Source: an uncultured virus (IMG/VR IMGVR_UViG_3300011867_000002) (taxonomy: Duplodnaviria; Heunggongvirae; Uroviricota; Caudoviricetes). Taken from it: a stretch of DNA of 64,000 nucleotides. Positions 1-9,614 of this stretch are shown in pieces (positions within the stretch are counted from its first letter, which is position 1; each line of letters opens with the position of its first letter). The stretch is taken from IMG/VR virus record IMGVR_UViG_3300011867_000002, positions 62,001 to 126,000 of that record; one strand, written 5' to 3'. The translations under genes and the position numbers were made by a program. The notes under the pieces are model-generated. The model saw only the letters and a program-made list of their open reading frames with translations, made no database searches and had not been told where the DNA came from.

Positions 1-876
1 GATGATCAGGGCCTTGTTGCCCAGCATGACTGGGGTACGGAACAGGGCCAGGCCGTCGGCTGGCTTGCTGAAGCCAGCTGCTTCCGGATTGGTGACTTCC
101 GGCACGACGCCATTGGCGAACGGCAGCGCGGTGATCTTGGAGACGTCGCCGTCGGTCTTGCCCATTTCTTCCAGCAGCTTCTCGGCGCCTTTGCCGTTGA
201 AGTCGGCGATCGTGGTAAACACGCCGTCGGCGATCTTGGTGATCTTGGCCAGTTCAGTCGAGACCGATGCCGGCACGTTGCCGTTGATGTGCAGGGCCTT
301 GACGAGACGCTCGTTTTCGAAGGTCTTCTCTTTCGGTTGGCCGTTCGGCTTTTGTGCCGATGCCAGTGCCTGGGCGCGCTTCAGATAACGCTCAGCGGTA
401 CCGAAGATTTTGTTGAAGTGGCCCTTGACCCACTCGATGGCCTTCTTGATGTGGGCGATGATGGCAGCCCAGATTTCCTTGATCTTTTCCTTCACGCCTT
501 CGAGAGCGATCTGGGTGGCGCCTTCGCGCGACGAGTTCTGGCCGAAGTTTTCCAGCGAGACGGTCTTGGTCTGGCCGGCTTGGAAGCCCAGGCGACGGTA
601 GATGCTTTCCAGGCCGATGTTCATGACAGCGGCGCCCGAACGCGACAGGCCACCTTGCTTGTTGGCTTCTTCGAGTTCAGCGGCGTAGGCTTCGAGCGAC
701 GAGACGGCTTCGACGGCTTCGTCGACGGCGGCTTCCGAGGTCTCGCCTTCGGCGGTCTCTTCGTTCACTTCCAGCAGGGCGGTTTCTGCCGAGTTGGCAG
801 CGTCTTCGACGACGCCTTCGCCTTCAGCTGGCAGGGCGGCTTCGTTTTCCAGGGCGATAATGCCGAATTTACGCAT
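1..876 (-). CDS. Internal head (inner-body) protein, phiKZ_IP/gp93-like family; 3' end runs off the window
   Basis: Not in the ORF track; translated by hand from ATG 876 (RBS AGGAG): MRKFGIIALENEAALPAEGEG...SLE...GLE...VSLENFG...TQIALEGVKEKIKEIW...LGNKAL. It has an acidic propeptide with repeated A/S/G-L-E protease sites and an open frame to base 1. Confidence 0.85.
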   Translation of the reverse strand, partial: MRKFGIIALENEAALPAEGEGVVEDAANSAETALLEVNEETAEGETSEAAVDEAVEAVSSLEAYAAELEEANKQGGLSRSGAAVMNIGLESIYRRLGFQAGQTKTVSLENFGQNSSREGATQIALEGVKEKIKEIWAAIIAHIKKAIEWVKGHFNKIFGTAERYLKRAQALASAQKPNGQPKEKTFENERLVKALHINGNVPASVSTELAKITKIADGVFTTIADFNGKGAEKLLEEMGKTDGDVSKITALPFANGVVPEVTNPEAAGFSKPADGLALFRTPVMLGNKALII

Positions 877-991
877 GGTGTTGCTCCTATTGCAATAGGT
901 GATTTGGATGAGATAAAACGAATGTTACTCGCGAGTAAGTCAATGGCCTGTTAGAACCACTATACTATCTAACAATCACGAAGGACGTGAT

Positions 992-1594
992 CTACGGGTT
1001 CCCAAACAATAAGTGCAAGGATTGCAGCAAATCCTCGATGCCGTTGGGACGGCTGCACCACTGCTGGATCACTTCGATCACACTCTCGTTGAAACGGGCA
1101 CGGCCTTCATGCGGACGGGCGCCGAAGAACTCTTCAGCGGCTTGTACGTATGCTCGCGGTGGCTCGATGGCCTGGGTGGCAGTCAGCAAGCATTCCCACA
1201 TAGGCATATCCATGCTACGGGGCTTACCTTGTACGTACGCCAGGGTGTCGACGAGGAAGCGATACTGGAGATCACCCATGCCGGGACTCGCCCGTTGTTC
1301 GCTGTACCAGCGGAAGAACGAACCAGTCCCGAAGGCGACAAGGGCAGCTTTCAGGACCTTGTCGCGGAACTCCATCGAGGTCACGCGGCCGCTACGGGTG
1401 ATGTAGGCGCTGTAAAGCGCTTCGATATCGTCGTTGACGCACAGCTCCGAGTCAGTGGGCTGGGTCACAACGATACGGCCTTGGGAGTGGGTCAGCGTGG
1501 CTGTACGCGGCTCCATGCGCTCCATCTTGGTGGCGGGGATGCCGCCGACGAAGCCACGGACGTACAGACGCCAGCCGGGACGGGCTTTAGGCAT
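992..1594 (-). CDS. Conserved jumbo-phage hypothetical protein (structural block)
   Basis: 200-aa ORF overlapping the stop of the upstream gene; codon usage fits the strand. Confidence 0.7.
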   Translation of the reverse strand: MPKARPGWRLYVRGFVGGIPATKMERMEPRTATLTHSQGRIVVTQPTDSELCVNDDIEALYSAYITRSGRVTSMEFRDKVLKAALVAFGTGSFFRWYSEQRASPGMGDLQYRFLVDTLAYVQGKPRSMDMPMWECLLTATQAIEPPRAYVQAAEEFFGARPHEGRARFNESVIEVIQQWCSRPNGIEDLLQSLHLLFGNP

Positions 1595-2480
1595 CTTCTT
1601 TCTCCATGCGCTTGATCTTGAACGTCTGGTCTTGGATGCGGCGTTCCAGAGCGTCGATCTTCTTTTGCACCGCAGCGTCAGGACGGCCGGCCTTGGTCTG
1701 CTCCATGTTCAGCTTGCGCAGTTGCAGGAGCGCCAGTTCTTCCTTGGCTTCCTTGTAACGGGCATTCTGGTAGTCCGCGACGAACATGCGGATTTGGTAG
1801 ATCGGCGACCAGACGCCGGTCACGAAGCGCATGCCGAGCGGATCGATCTTGTTTTCGCCCATGGTCTTGCTGAGCGAGGATTCGTTGTCGGCCTTGACGA
1901 TGATATCTGGCACATCGTTCAGCGCGCGTTCCACGTGCGCCGGGTTACCGGAGATGGCTTGGAGCGCCATGCAGAAGTTGGTGAAGTTGACTTCGATGTA
2001 CTGCTGTTCGTATGGCGTCAGGCTGTCCGAAACGCGGGTGCCACCGTCTTCGAATTCACCGGTTTCGTGGATGTAGGTGTACGCCACCAGCTTGCGGGCA
2101 TAACGGGCCACGAAGTCGACGCAGACGACGAACTGGAGCAGGTTGGCCTTCAGGTAGGACACGCCGGCAGCAGCGATTTCTTCGCTGTAGGTCTTCTCGA
2201 CCAGTTGCTCGACTTCATCCAGGTTCTTCAGGATGGCCGGGAACGCCTTGTTGATGTGGTTGAACATGTTGTCACGCGAGCGGGTGATCCGCAGGAACGT
2301 GGCTTCCAGTCCTTTGACCTTGGCGGACTTGATCGTCCATTTCGACAGGAAGGGCGCCGCGGCGTCGTAGACAGGGATCGTGGTTTCCTTCAGCTCGGCG
2401 CGACGCAGACGAATGTCTTCGATCACCCGGCTCTTATCGAAGTTGGGCAGGAGCCCGGCAACGAATTCGGAGAATTTCAT
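1587..2480 (-). CDS. Virion head structural protein (phiKZ gp90-like by synteny)
   Basis: 297 aa with a C-terminal coiled coil; position in the head block. Confidence 0.65.
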   Translation of the reverse strand: MKFSEFVAGLLPNFDKSRVIEDIRLRRAELKETTIPVYDAAAPFLSKWTIKSAKVKGLEATFLRITRSRDNMFNHINKAFPAILKNLDEVEQLVEKTYSEEIAAAGVSYLKANLLQFVVCVDFVARYARKLVAYTYIHETGEFEDGGTRVSDSLTPYEQQYIEVNFTNFCMALQAISGNPAHVERALNDVPDIIVKADNESSLSKTMGENKIDPLGMRFVTGVWSPIYQIRMFVADYQNARYKEAKEELALLQLRKLNMEQTKAGRPDAAVQKKIDALERRIQDQTFKIKRMEKEDA

Positions 2481-2533
2481 GTTGAGTTACCTAAGTAAGT
2501 CCACGCTCTCGAAAGAGCGCGGCGGGTGAATGA

Positions 2534-3616
2534 TTACAGCGACGGGGAGTTCCCCAACTGGTACGCTTTGAGCACATCGCTGACGTTTGGACCGGAACCG
2601 GCGTTCACGCTGCGCAGGTCACGGGCGCCGACTTCGGTCGAGTACGCGATACCACGCGAGTAGATGGTGACGCGCGAGTCGGCCGCATCGACCACGTTCA
2701 GCAGCATGAGGCTGGTGTTCTCGAAGACACGCTCGCGCACTTTCGGGTTCGACAGCTTGCCGTTGACCATGCGTTCGAGTTCATCGGCCGTTTCACGCGA
2801 GATGATGGCGATGTTCGATGCAGTGGCAACCGACGGGTTGGCCGAGATGATGGCGGCGATGCTGCTCTCGCGGCGCTTGGCCAGGACGTTCGAGTAGACG
2901 CCGCTCTTGTCGGCGCGCAGGTTTTTGCGGTGTTCCGAGATCAGGTCTTCGCAGAAGATGAAATCGCGGATGCCTTCGATTTCGCCCGAAGTGAACTGCT
3001 TGAAGCGTTCCTTGACCGAAATGTCCTGCGAACGACTCGCTAAGTTATGAGCCAGACGCTCGGTTGGCAGGCTCATGGCTTGCAGTCGGACCGAGACTGG
3101 AATGGTTGCTTTATGCATGCCATCGCTGATATCCACCATCAGCATTTTCCCCACAGCGAGGTTCGCCAGCTCTTTCAGTTCGCGGTTGGTGTCGCGGTTG
3201 ACGGTGAAGGTTTCGCCTTCGCCTTCGCGGTCACGGATCGCTTCGAGAGCCGCTTTGCCTTCGAAGGTTGGCAGGCGGTGCACGTAGTTTTCGTGCGCGA
3301 TCAGCCAGCCGAGCGTATCGGCACCGGCGGCCGCAGCGCTCCGGTTCGGATTGAGCTTGGACAGCGTACGCGCCACTTCGATGTTGCCGACGGTCATCGA
3401 GATCGAGATCGCTTGCAGGTAGTACGCAGCGACCAGGCTGAGGTTGGTCTGCATCAGGTCGGGCAGCATGTCGTTGTACAGCACATCGGTACCGATCAGC
3501 ACTTTCGGTTCCACGCGCGACTCTTGCGTGTAATCGATGAGCGAGTCGGACTTGCTGGCACGCCACAGGTCCTGAATCTTACGCACAAGCGCAAGCGTGG
3601 TTGGAGAGTCTGACAT
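2534..3616 (-). CDS. Virion head/inner-body protein (phiKZ gp89-like by synteny)
   Basis: 360 aa, internal ALE site (KAALEAIR), RBS AAGGA. Confidence 0.65.
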   Translation of the reverse strand: MSDSPTTLALVRKIQDLWRASKSDSLIDYTQESRVEPKVLIGTDVLYNDMLPDLMQTNLSLVAAYYLQAISISMTVGNIEVARTLSKLNPNRSAAAAGADTLGWLIAHENYVHRLPTFEGKAALEAIRDREGEGETFTVNRDTNRELKELANLAVGKMLMVDISDGMHKATIPVSVRLQAMSLPTERLAHNLASRSQDISVKERFKQFTSGEIEGIRDFIFCEDLISEHRKNLRADKSGVYSNVLAKRRESSIAAIISANPSVATASNIAIISRETADELERMVNGKLSNPKVRERVFENTSLMLLNVVDAADSRVTIYSRGIAYSTEVGARDLRSVNAGSGPNVSDVLKAYQLGNSPSL

Positions 3617-3648
3617 GGTTACATCCTTTTTTCTACATGGGGTTTTAA

Positions 3649-4737
3649 ATGGCCGATACTGCTAAAAGTTTCGATATTGCTGAGATCATTCAGAAGATTA
3701 ACTACCCTTCCATTCCGGAAGCGGTCAACCAAGTCTTTCAATCAACCAGTTTGGGCGAAATTGACTCAGCAATCGGCAACAGCTTTCGCGGGATCAACCA
3801 CCGTCAAGTGGCGGGTGCGATCCCCATTAACAAAGATTCATACGGCTTGACTTTCTTTACGCGGCCCAAGTTTAACTTGACCACGGATAACCTGAACAAC
3901 ACCCGTCAACTCTCGCCACTGTTGACAACGCAACCGGCGTCGGTGCAGCGCGCCATCCGGTGCAGTCTGGATCGCGAGTTGGCCAAGCGCGGGATTACCT
4001 GTCCCTTTGTGGATAATCAACAGGCGTTCATTCCGCTATTGACCAACCACTTAGTGTCGATGAACGGCTGGCCTGACCTGCGAGTGGACACCTTCAGCCC
4101 ACAAGAAGGTGCTTACAAACAGACCTGGGCCATGGTTGACAGTGTTGCGCAGGATTATTCGGCATACGATATTACTGCCGATTTTCGGAACATGCCCGGT
4201 AGCCCAATCACACTATTGTTCTTTACGTGGATTCACTACATGTCCTTGATCTACCAAGGCATCATGGTCCCGTACTTCGAACAGATCATCGAAAACGAAA
4301 TCGATTACCAAACCCGCATCTACCGACTGGTCTTGGATGTCACCAAAACCAAGGTGCAAGGTATCTCGGCCTGTGGTGCTGCCATGCCGCTGTCCGCGCC
4401 GATGGGAGCGATGTTTAACTTCGCAGCAGACCGCCCCTTGAACAACGCGTTCGACACCATCTCGATCAACTTCCGCGCGATCGGCGCGATGTACGAAGAC
4501 CAAATCCTGATCTACGAATTCAACCGCACTGTGCAGTTGTTCAACGACACGATGAAGAATGCGTACCGGACCAAGATGTACACCCGTGTCGACATGGAGT
4601 TCTTGGAAATTTTCAATAACTACGGTTATCCCTATATCGACCCCAACACCCGTAACCTGGAGTGGTGGGTGCCTAACCAAATCTATCAACAACGTCTGGG
4701 TGTATATTTGGACCAGAAGAAACGGAGAACTCCATGA
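3649..4737 (+). CDS. Virion structural protein (phiKZ gp88-like by synteny)
   Basis: 362 aa with a GLTFFTRP motif; ATGA-coupled to the next gene. Confidence 0.65.
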   Translation: MADTAKSFDIAEIIQKINYPSIPEAVNQVFQSTSLGEIDSAIGNSFRGINHRQVAGAIPINKDSYGLTFFTRPKFNLTTDNLNNTRQLSPLLTTQPASVQRAIRCSLDRELAKRGITCPFVDNQQAFIPLLTNHLVSMNGWPDLRVDTFSPQEGAYKQTWAMVDSVAQDYSAYDITADFRNMPGSPITLLFFTWIHYMSLIYQGIMVPYFEQIIENEIDYQTRIYRLVLDVTKTKVQGISACGAAMPLSAPMGAMFNFAADRPLNNAFDTISINFRAIGAMYEDQILIYEFNRTVQLFNDTMKNAYRTKMYTRVDMEFLEIFNNYGYPYIDPNTRNLEWWVPNQIYQQRLGVYLDQKKRRTP

Positions 4738-7643
4738 GTGCAAGCCGCGATACCGTCATCGCTAACCTCCACCTGTATCAGCATGACCCGACACGTGTCC
4801 AGCGCGAGATCATCGCCATGGCGCGCGACGCGGCAACGGGCAAGATTCCGTTGGTCGATCCTACGAACCCCGTGGTGCTGTGTCTGGAAGCGGTGGCCTG
4901 CACGTTTTCTGCCTTGGCTGACCGTAACGAGAGCGATATGCGTAGGCTTTACCCGCAGATGTCGCAAACCGAGAAAGAACTCTATCGCCACATGTCCGAT
5001 GTTGACTACATCGGGCGCTTCGCTACACCAAGCCGCATTCGGGCCGGCCTCCTGATTGCCGAAGACGAACTCTTGAACCGCATGGTCGATGACCCTGCGA
5101 CCAAGAGCCGCAAGGTGGTGATTCCACGCAACACCTTCTTCAACGTCTCGGGCTACATCTTCTCGCTCCAGTACCCGATCGTCATTAGTCAGTTGCAACA
5201 CGAAGGTCTGCGCGTGGTGTACGACGTCAGCAAGCCCTCGCCACTCTTGACCTTGTCGAGCAACCTGATCGAAACCAGCATCGCCCAAGACGCACAAGGC
5301 GTGCGTTACGTGCGTCTGGAATTCTTTGTTGACCAGTTCAGCATCGAGTCCAAGCAAAACGACATCACCCGTGGTAAAGAGTTTTCACTCAACGTCCCGT
5401 TCACCCAGCAGTATTATTACGCACGGGTGTTTGTCGAGGCCAACACGGGCTGGCAAGAAATTCGCACGACCCATACCGACCAAGTGTACGACCCCACCGT
5501 CGTGACCGCTGTCTTGACCGTGATGGACAATGTCCTAAACGTGAAGATTCCCCAAGTCTACACGAACACGATCTTGGGTTCGAAGAAGGTGCGGGTTGAC
5601 GTCTACCAGACGGTAGGTGAACTGAATCTGGACGTCTCGGATTACCAACTCGACCAGTTCGGTATCACCTGGATGAACTACGACAAAAGCGACGACACGG
5701 TCTACAGTGCGCCGATGACGAACTTCCAGCAACTGATCCCCTTCATGATCGGCACATCGACTGGCGGGGCTTCTGCACTTCCCTTTGCTACCTTGCGGAG
5801 CCGGGTGATGAAGAACGCCGCCGGTGCGGCCATCGAGTACCCGATCTCGCAAGTGCAGATCGAGACCAAACTCGAAGAAAAAGGTTACGGAGTGGTGCTC
5901 GAAGTCGACAACATCACCGACCGGGTGTTCCTGGCCACCAAACCCATGCCGACACCATCGGACGAAACCCTATTGACGGCCGCTGCGTCCGGGATCGAGA
6001 CTGTGGGTGTCGACTTGGCCAAGATCGTCTTGCTCGACAGTGTGATCAACAACGGCAGTTCGGTCACGATCACGCCAGAAACCCTGTACCGCCAAGACAA
6101 TGGCATTACGTCGCCGGTGTCGAGTAACGAATTGGCTGCCATCTTGGCGTTGCCGCCTGACTTGCGGGCTGAATCAGTCAGCAAGAACAACTGGCGTTAC
6201 GCTCCATTTCACTATGTGCTCGACACGAGTGGCGATGAATTCGATCTGCGAGCGTATTACCTCGATGCCCCAGAAGTCTTGGGCAAGACCTTCGTCGGTG
6301 AGAACGCTACCACGCTCCTTCAGGTGTCGACCGCGCAATACGGTATCTTCCGTACTGCCAACGGCTACACCTTGCAAATTGTCACCACCTCCTCGGATGC
6401 CTTCCGCGCACTCGCGGACGAAGACGTGCACGTTCAACTCGCATTTATCCCCGCTGGCGAGAAAGACCGGGCGTACCTAAACGGTACCTTTGTGGGGCTG
6501 AACGAAAACGAAGAACGTATTTACAGTTTCGACTTGGCCACGAACTTCAACGTGACCAGCAAGAACCTGTTACAGCTTCAGCACTTCTTGATGTACAGCA
6601 ACGAGCCACGCTTGACGAACGTTTCGCTCAGCAATCCGTTTGACATTCTGTATTCGGTGTCAAGCCCCATGCAAGCGCAGTGGCGGCCGACTACCATCGA
6701 CGCCGCGCTCGGGCGTCAGTACTTACCCAGCACGGTAGCTGGCGTGACGCATGAAACGCTGACGATCAAGTTTGGCGATGCACTGAAAACGCTCTGGACC
6801 AAGAGCCGTAGTTACGCGGTAGCAGAAGAGTTCGAAAAGCATGCGTTCGACGTGCCGATGTACTACACCAACGACGTCTATCAACTCGACAGTACCGGTT
6901 CGCCCATTTCGTTCGACGCTGAGAACAACCTCGTGATGACGGTACTGCACCACCGCGATGACCCAGTCTTGGACGCGGGCGGTAATCCCGTGTACCGCTA
7001 CCGGAAAGGAGACCTGGTGCTCGACGATGAGGGCAATCCGATTCCGATCACAAATCGCAGCATCAAGCGCATGATCGACGTGTTCTTGATCGACGGTACT
7101 TATTGGTTCGCAGATGACATCACGACGGTGAACTACCGCAAGGAGTTGACGCGCAAAGTGGTGAGTTGGTTGGTCGACGAACTGGCAGAAGTGTCAAAGA
7201 AGGTACTGGACAAAACCCGTATCTATTTCTACCCGAAAACCACCATGGGCATGATTGATGTGGTGGTCGGCGCAGGCGCCACCCGTACGATTGAAGCGGC
7301 CCAATCGTTTGTGGTGAAGATTCAAGTCGACGATGCGGTGTACCGTAACCTCGAACTGCGTAAGCAAATGGAGATTGCGACCATCAAGACCATGAGTACG
7401 CTCATGGCCTCGGCAACGATCTCGGACAGCTTGATCACCAAAGCACTCGATGAACAGTACGGCAACGAAGCCATTAGCCACCGCCACAGTGGTTTGGGCG
7501 GCAACAATGGCTTGACCAGCTTCAAGATCATGAATGAAGCGAACCGGTGCAGCCTGCGTAAGCGCTTGGTGGCACTGAACGACGGCACCTTGGTGACCCA
7601 AGAAGACGTCTCGGTCGAGTTCGAACGGATTGGCAGTAACTAA
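4734..7643 (+). CDS. Large virion structural protein, probably baseplate (phiKZ gp87-like)
   Basis: 969-aa beta-rich ORF; size and position fit the conserved block. Confidence 0.7.
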   Translation: MSASRDTVIANLHLYQHDPTRVQREIIAMARDAATGKIPLVDPTNPVVLCLEAVACTFSALADRNESDMRRLYPQMSQTEKELYRHMSDVDYIGRFATPSRIRAGLLIAEDELLNRMVDDPATKSRKVVIPRNTFFNVSGYIFSLQYPIVISQLQHEGLRVVYDVSKPSPLLTLSSNLIETSIAQDAQGVRYVRLEFFVDQFSIESKQNDITRGKEFSLNVPFTQQYYYARVFVEANTGWQEIRTTHTDQVYDPTVVTAVLTVMDNVLNVKIPQVYTNTILGSKKVRVDVYQTVGELNLDVSDYQLDQFGITWMNYDKSDDTVYSAPMTNFQQLIPFMIGTSTGGASALPFATLRSRVMKNAAGAAIEYPISQVQIETKLEEKGYGVVLEVDNITDRVFLATKPMPTPSDETLLTAAASGIETVGVDLAKIVLLDSVINNGSSVTITPETLYRQDNGITSPVSSNELAAILALPPDLRAESVSKNNWRYAPFHYVLDTSGDEFDLRAYYLDAPEVLGKTFVGENATTLLQVSTAQYGIFRTANGYTLQIVTTSSDAFRALADEDVHVQLAFIPAGEKDRAYLNGTFVGLNENEERIYSFDLATNFNVTSKNLLQLQHFLMYSNEPRLTNVSLSNPFDILYSVSSPMQAQWRPTTIDAALGRQYLPSTVAGVTHETLTIKFGDALKTLWTKSRSYAVAEEFEKHAFDVPMYYTNDVYQLDSTGSPISFDAENNLVMTVLHHRDDPVLDAGGNPVYRYRKGDLVLDDEGNPIPITNRSIKRMIDVFLIDGTYWFADDITTVNYRKELTRKVVSWLVDELAEVSKKVLDKTRIYFYPKTTMGMIDVVVGAGATRTIEAAQSFVVKIQVDDAVYRNLELRKQMEIATIKTMSTLMASATISDSLITKALDEQYGNEAISHRHSGLGGNNGLTSFKIMNEANRCSLRKRLVALNDGTLVTQEDVSVEFERIGSN

Positions 7644-7649
7644 GCAGTC

Positions 7650-7700
7650 CGGCATAAAACCCCTAACCTACCGTATGGCGGGTTAGGGGTTTTATTCCCG
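7650..7700. terminator. Bidirectional intrinsic terminator
   Basis: ATAAAACCCCTAACC...GGTTAGGGGTTTTAT stem between convergent genes. Confidence 0.85.
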
Positions 7701-7704
7701 ATAC

Positions 7705-9123
7705 TTAACGCATCAGGCCAGCGATACGCGGACGACCGCCGATGCCGCTTGGGAAGTGGCTTTTCTCCATGGCATCCAGCGAGGCTTGGATACCAGCCAC
7801 GACTTTCTTCCATTCCAGTGGAATCTCTTCCACTTCTGCCAGTTGCATGTGCTTCGTCACCTTGCGCACGATTTCCTTGCCGAAACCCGTCGTGGTTTTC
7901 GACAGGCTCTTGAAGTGGTGCACGTAGTGGTCGATTTCGTTGGCAAGCGACGCAAAGCCGGTCAGCTGTTCGTGCATGGCGCCGATCAGGACACGGATAC
8001 GCTGCGCCACCTGTGGCGAGTTACCGCCGGGCTGGCCGTCTTGGGTCAAGTCGCCGACGTAGTGCTCGGTACGTTCCAGGCCCTGGCGCATTTCGTCCAG
8101 GACTGGCAAGTAACCCAGCATCTGCTTCAGGAGTTCGACCAAGTCCTTGTTCTTGTAAGCGTGGCTGATCTTACTGAACATCTCGTCGTAGTGCAGTCGG
8201 TGCTTGGCTTTGTTTGCTTCTGCCGTTTCACGGGCGGTGCGCAGCTTGGCACCCAGTTGGCCGAGGGTGATCTCTTGGCCTTCGTACTTCAGGGTGATCG
8301 GCTTGGCGATTTCGTCCATCTGCTTTTGCAGACCAGCCACGATCTGACCTTGGGCGTTGCGGTCCTTGTGTTCGATTTCTTCCAGCAGTTTGATCTTGGC
8401 CATGATCAATTCAGCGGCGCGGTTGAACACGCGCGCCTTGGCCAGTTGCTGGATCATCTTGCTGTAGGGACCATTTTCCACGATGTCGCGGTGCAGCGGT
8501 GCAGGATCGAGGAAGAACTTCTTCTCTTCACCGTAACGTTCGTCGTTGACAAACACGGAGTCGATCAGCTGGTCCATGCTGTTCCATCGCACCACGCCAT
8601 CCTTGCCTTGGAACTGGATAGGATGCGCACGTACTTCACGACCTGCTTCAGCCATGCCGTCGGCCAGTTCGATGGTGCTTTCGCTGGTGGTGTTGACTTC
8701 ATCGATCTTGCGCTCGACACTGGAGACAGCGGTGCTACCGTTGCCATCGCCATCTTTGTCACCGGAGAGCCATTTCCAGATTTTGTAGATGACACCGACC
8801 ACCACGGTGACGCCAGCGATGATCAAGGCCCAGATGCCTTTATCGATCTCTTCCAGCGAAATCTGGAAGCGGGTAGCCGACGGCGACTCGGAGAAGTAGC
8901 CGAGTGGCGAAGACAGCACTTCGGGCATGATGCGCTGCGCTTCCATGGCGAAGTTACGCGACATGCCACCCGTGCCACGGATTTCGATTGCAAGGCCAGC
9001 GAGGTCAGCTAATGCCGATTCCATGGCCAGCAGTTGCTCGTTATCGGAGGCGAGTTCGACTTCCGGTACATCTGCCTGGATTTCGTTCTCGAACTCCGAA
9101 CCTTTGTTCAAACTATCGGACAT
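7705..9123 (-). CDS. Processed head protein with a transmembrane segment (phiKZ gp86-like by synteny)
   Basis: 472 aa; acidic N-terminus, AME and SLE sites, then hydrophobic IWALIIAGVTVVVGVIYKIW. Confidence 0.7.
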   Translation of the reverse strand: MSDSLNKGSEFENEIQADVPEVELASDNEQLLAMESALADLAGLAIEIRGTGGMSRNFAMEAQRIMPEVLSSPLGYFSESPSATRFQISLEEIDKGIWALIIAGVTVVVGVIYKIWKWLSGDKDGDGNGSTAVSSVERKIDEVNTTSESTIELADGMAEAGREVRAHPIQFQGKDGVVRWNSMDQLIDSVFVNDERYGEEKKFFLDPAPLHRDIVENGPYSKMIQQLAKARVFNRAAELIMAKIKLLEEIEHKDRNAQGQIVAGLQKQMDEIAKPITLKYEGQEITLGQLGAKLRTARETAEANKAKHRLHYDEMFSKISHAYKNKDLVELLKQMLGYLPVLDEMRQGLERTEHYVGDLTQDGQPGGNSPQVAQRIRVLIGAMHEQLTGFASLANEIDHYVHHFKSLSKTTTGFGKEIVRKVTKHMQLAEVEEIPLEWKKVVAGIQASLDAMEKSHFPSGIGGRPRIAGLMR

Positions 9124-9130
9124 GGTGACC

Positions 9131-9589
9131 TCAGGCTGGGTGGTTAGCGCAAGCGCGGATCGCGTCGGTAGCGAAGTACGACAGGCTGGCGACGACGGTG
9201 GCGTTCTCGTTCAGGAACACGCGGAAGTTGTCGGCGATCACGGTCTTGACGCCCGTCAGCGAACCGAAGAAGTCGCCGTCGATGACCTTCAGTGCTTGGG
9301 ATTGCTGGAAGGCACTCCAGTAACGCAGTTGCCACAGTTGACGCACGTAGGCGAGCGTGGTGTGGGTGTCGAACACGGCGTTCTCGTTGAAGCACGAGAT
9401 GATTTCCATGGCAGCTGGCATCACGTGGTTGGTGAAGTATTCACCCGGATGGCCGACTTCGCTGCTTGGCAGCGACTGGGTCATCGAAATGGCCAAGGCA
9501 ATGGCAGCAGCCATGACACGACCACGGTGCAGGGGTTCTTGGACTTGGGACTGGGCTTGGGTGACGAACTCGCTGTAATGCTGTTTCAT
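9131..9589 (-). CDS. Conserved hypothetical/virion protein
   Basis: 152-aa ORF in an operon, with RBS. Confidence 0.65.
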   Translation of the reverse strand: MKQHYSEFVTQAQSQVQEPLHRGRVMAAAIALAISMTQSLPSSEVGHPGEYFTNHVMPAAMEIISCFNENAVFDTHTTLAYVRQLWQLRYWSAFQQSQALKVIDGDFFGSLTGVKTVIADNFRVFLNENATVVASLSYFATDAIRACANHPA

Positions 9590-9614
9590 GGTGGTTCCTA
9601 GGATAGAAATGGAA

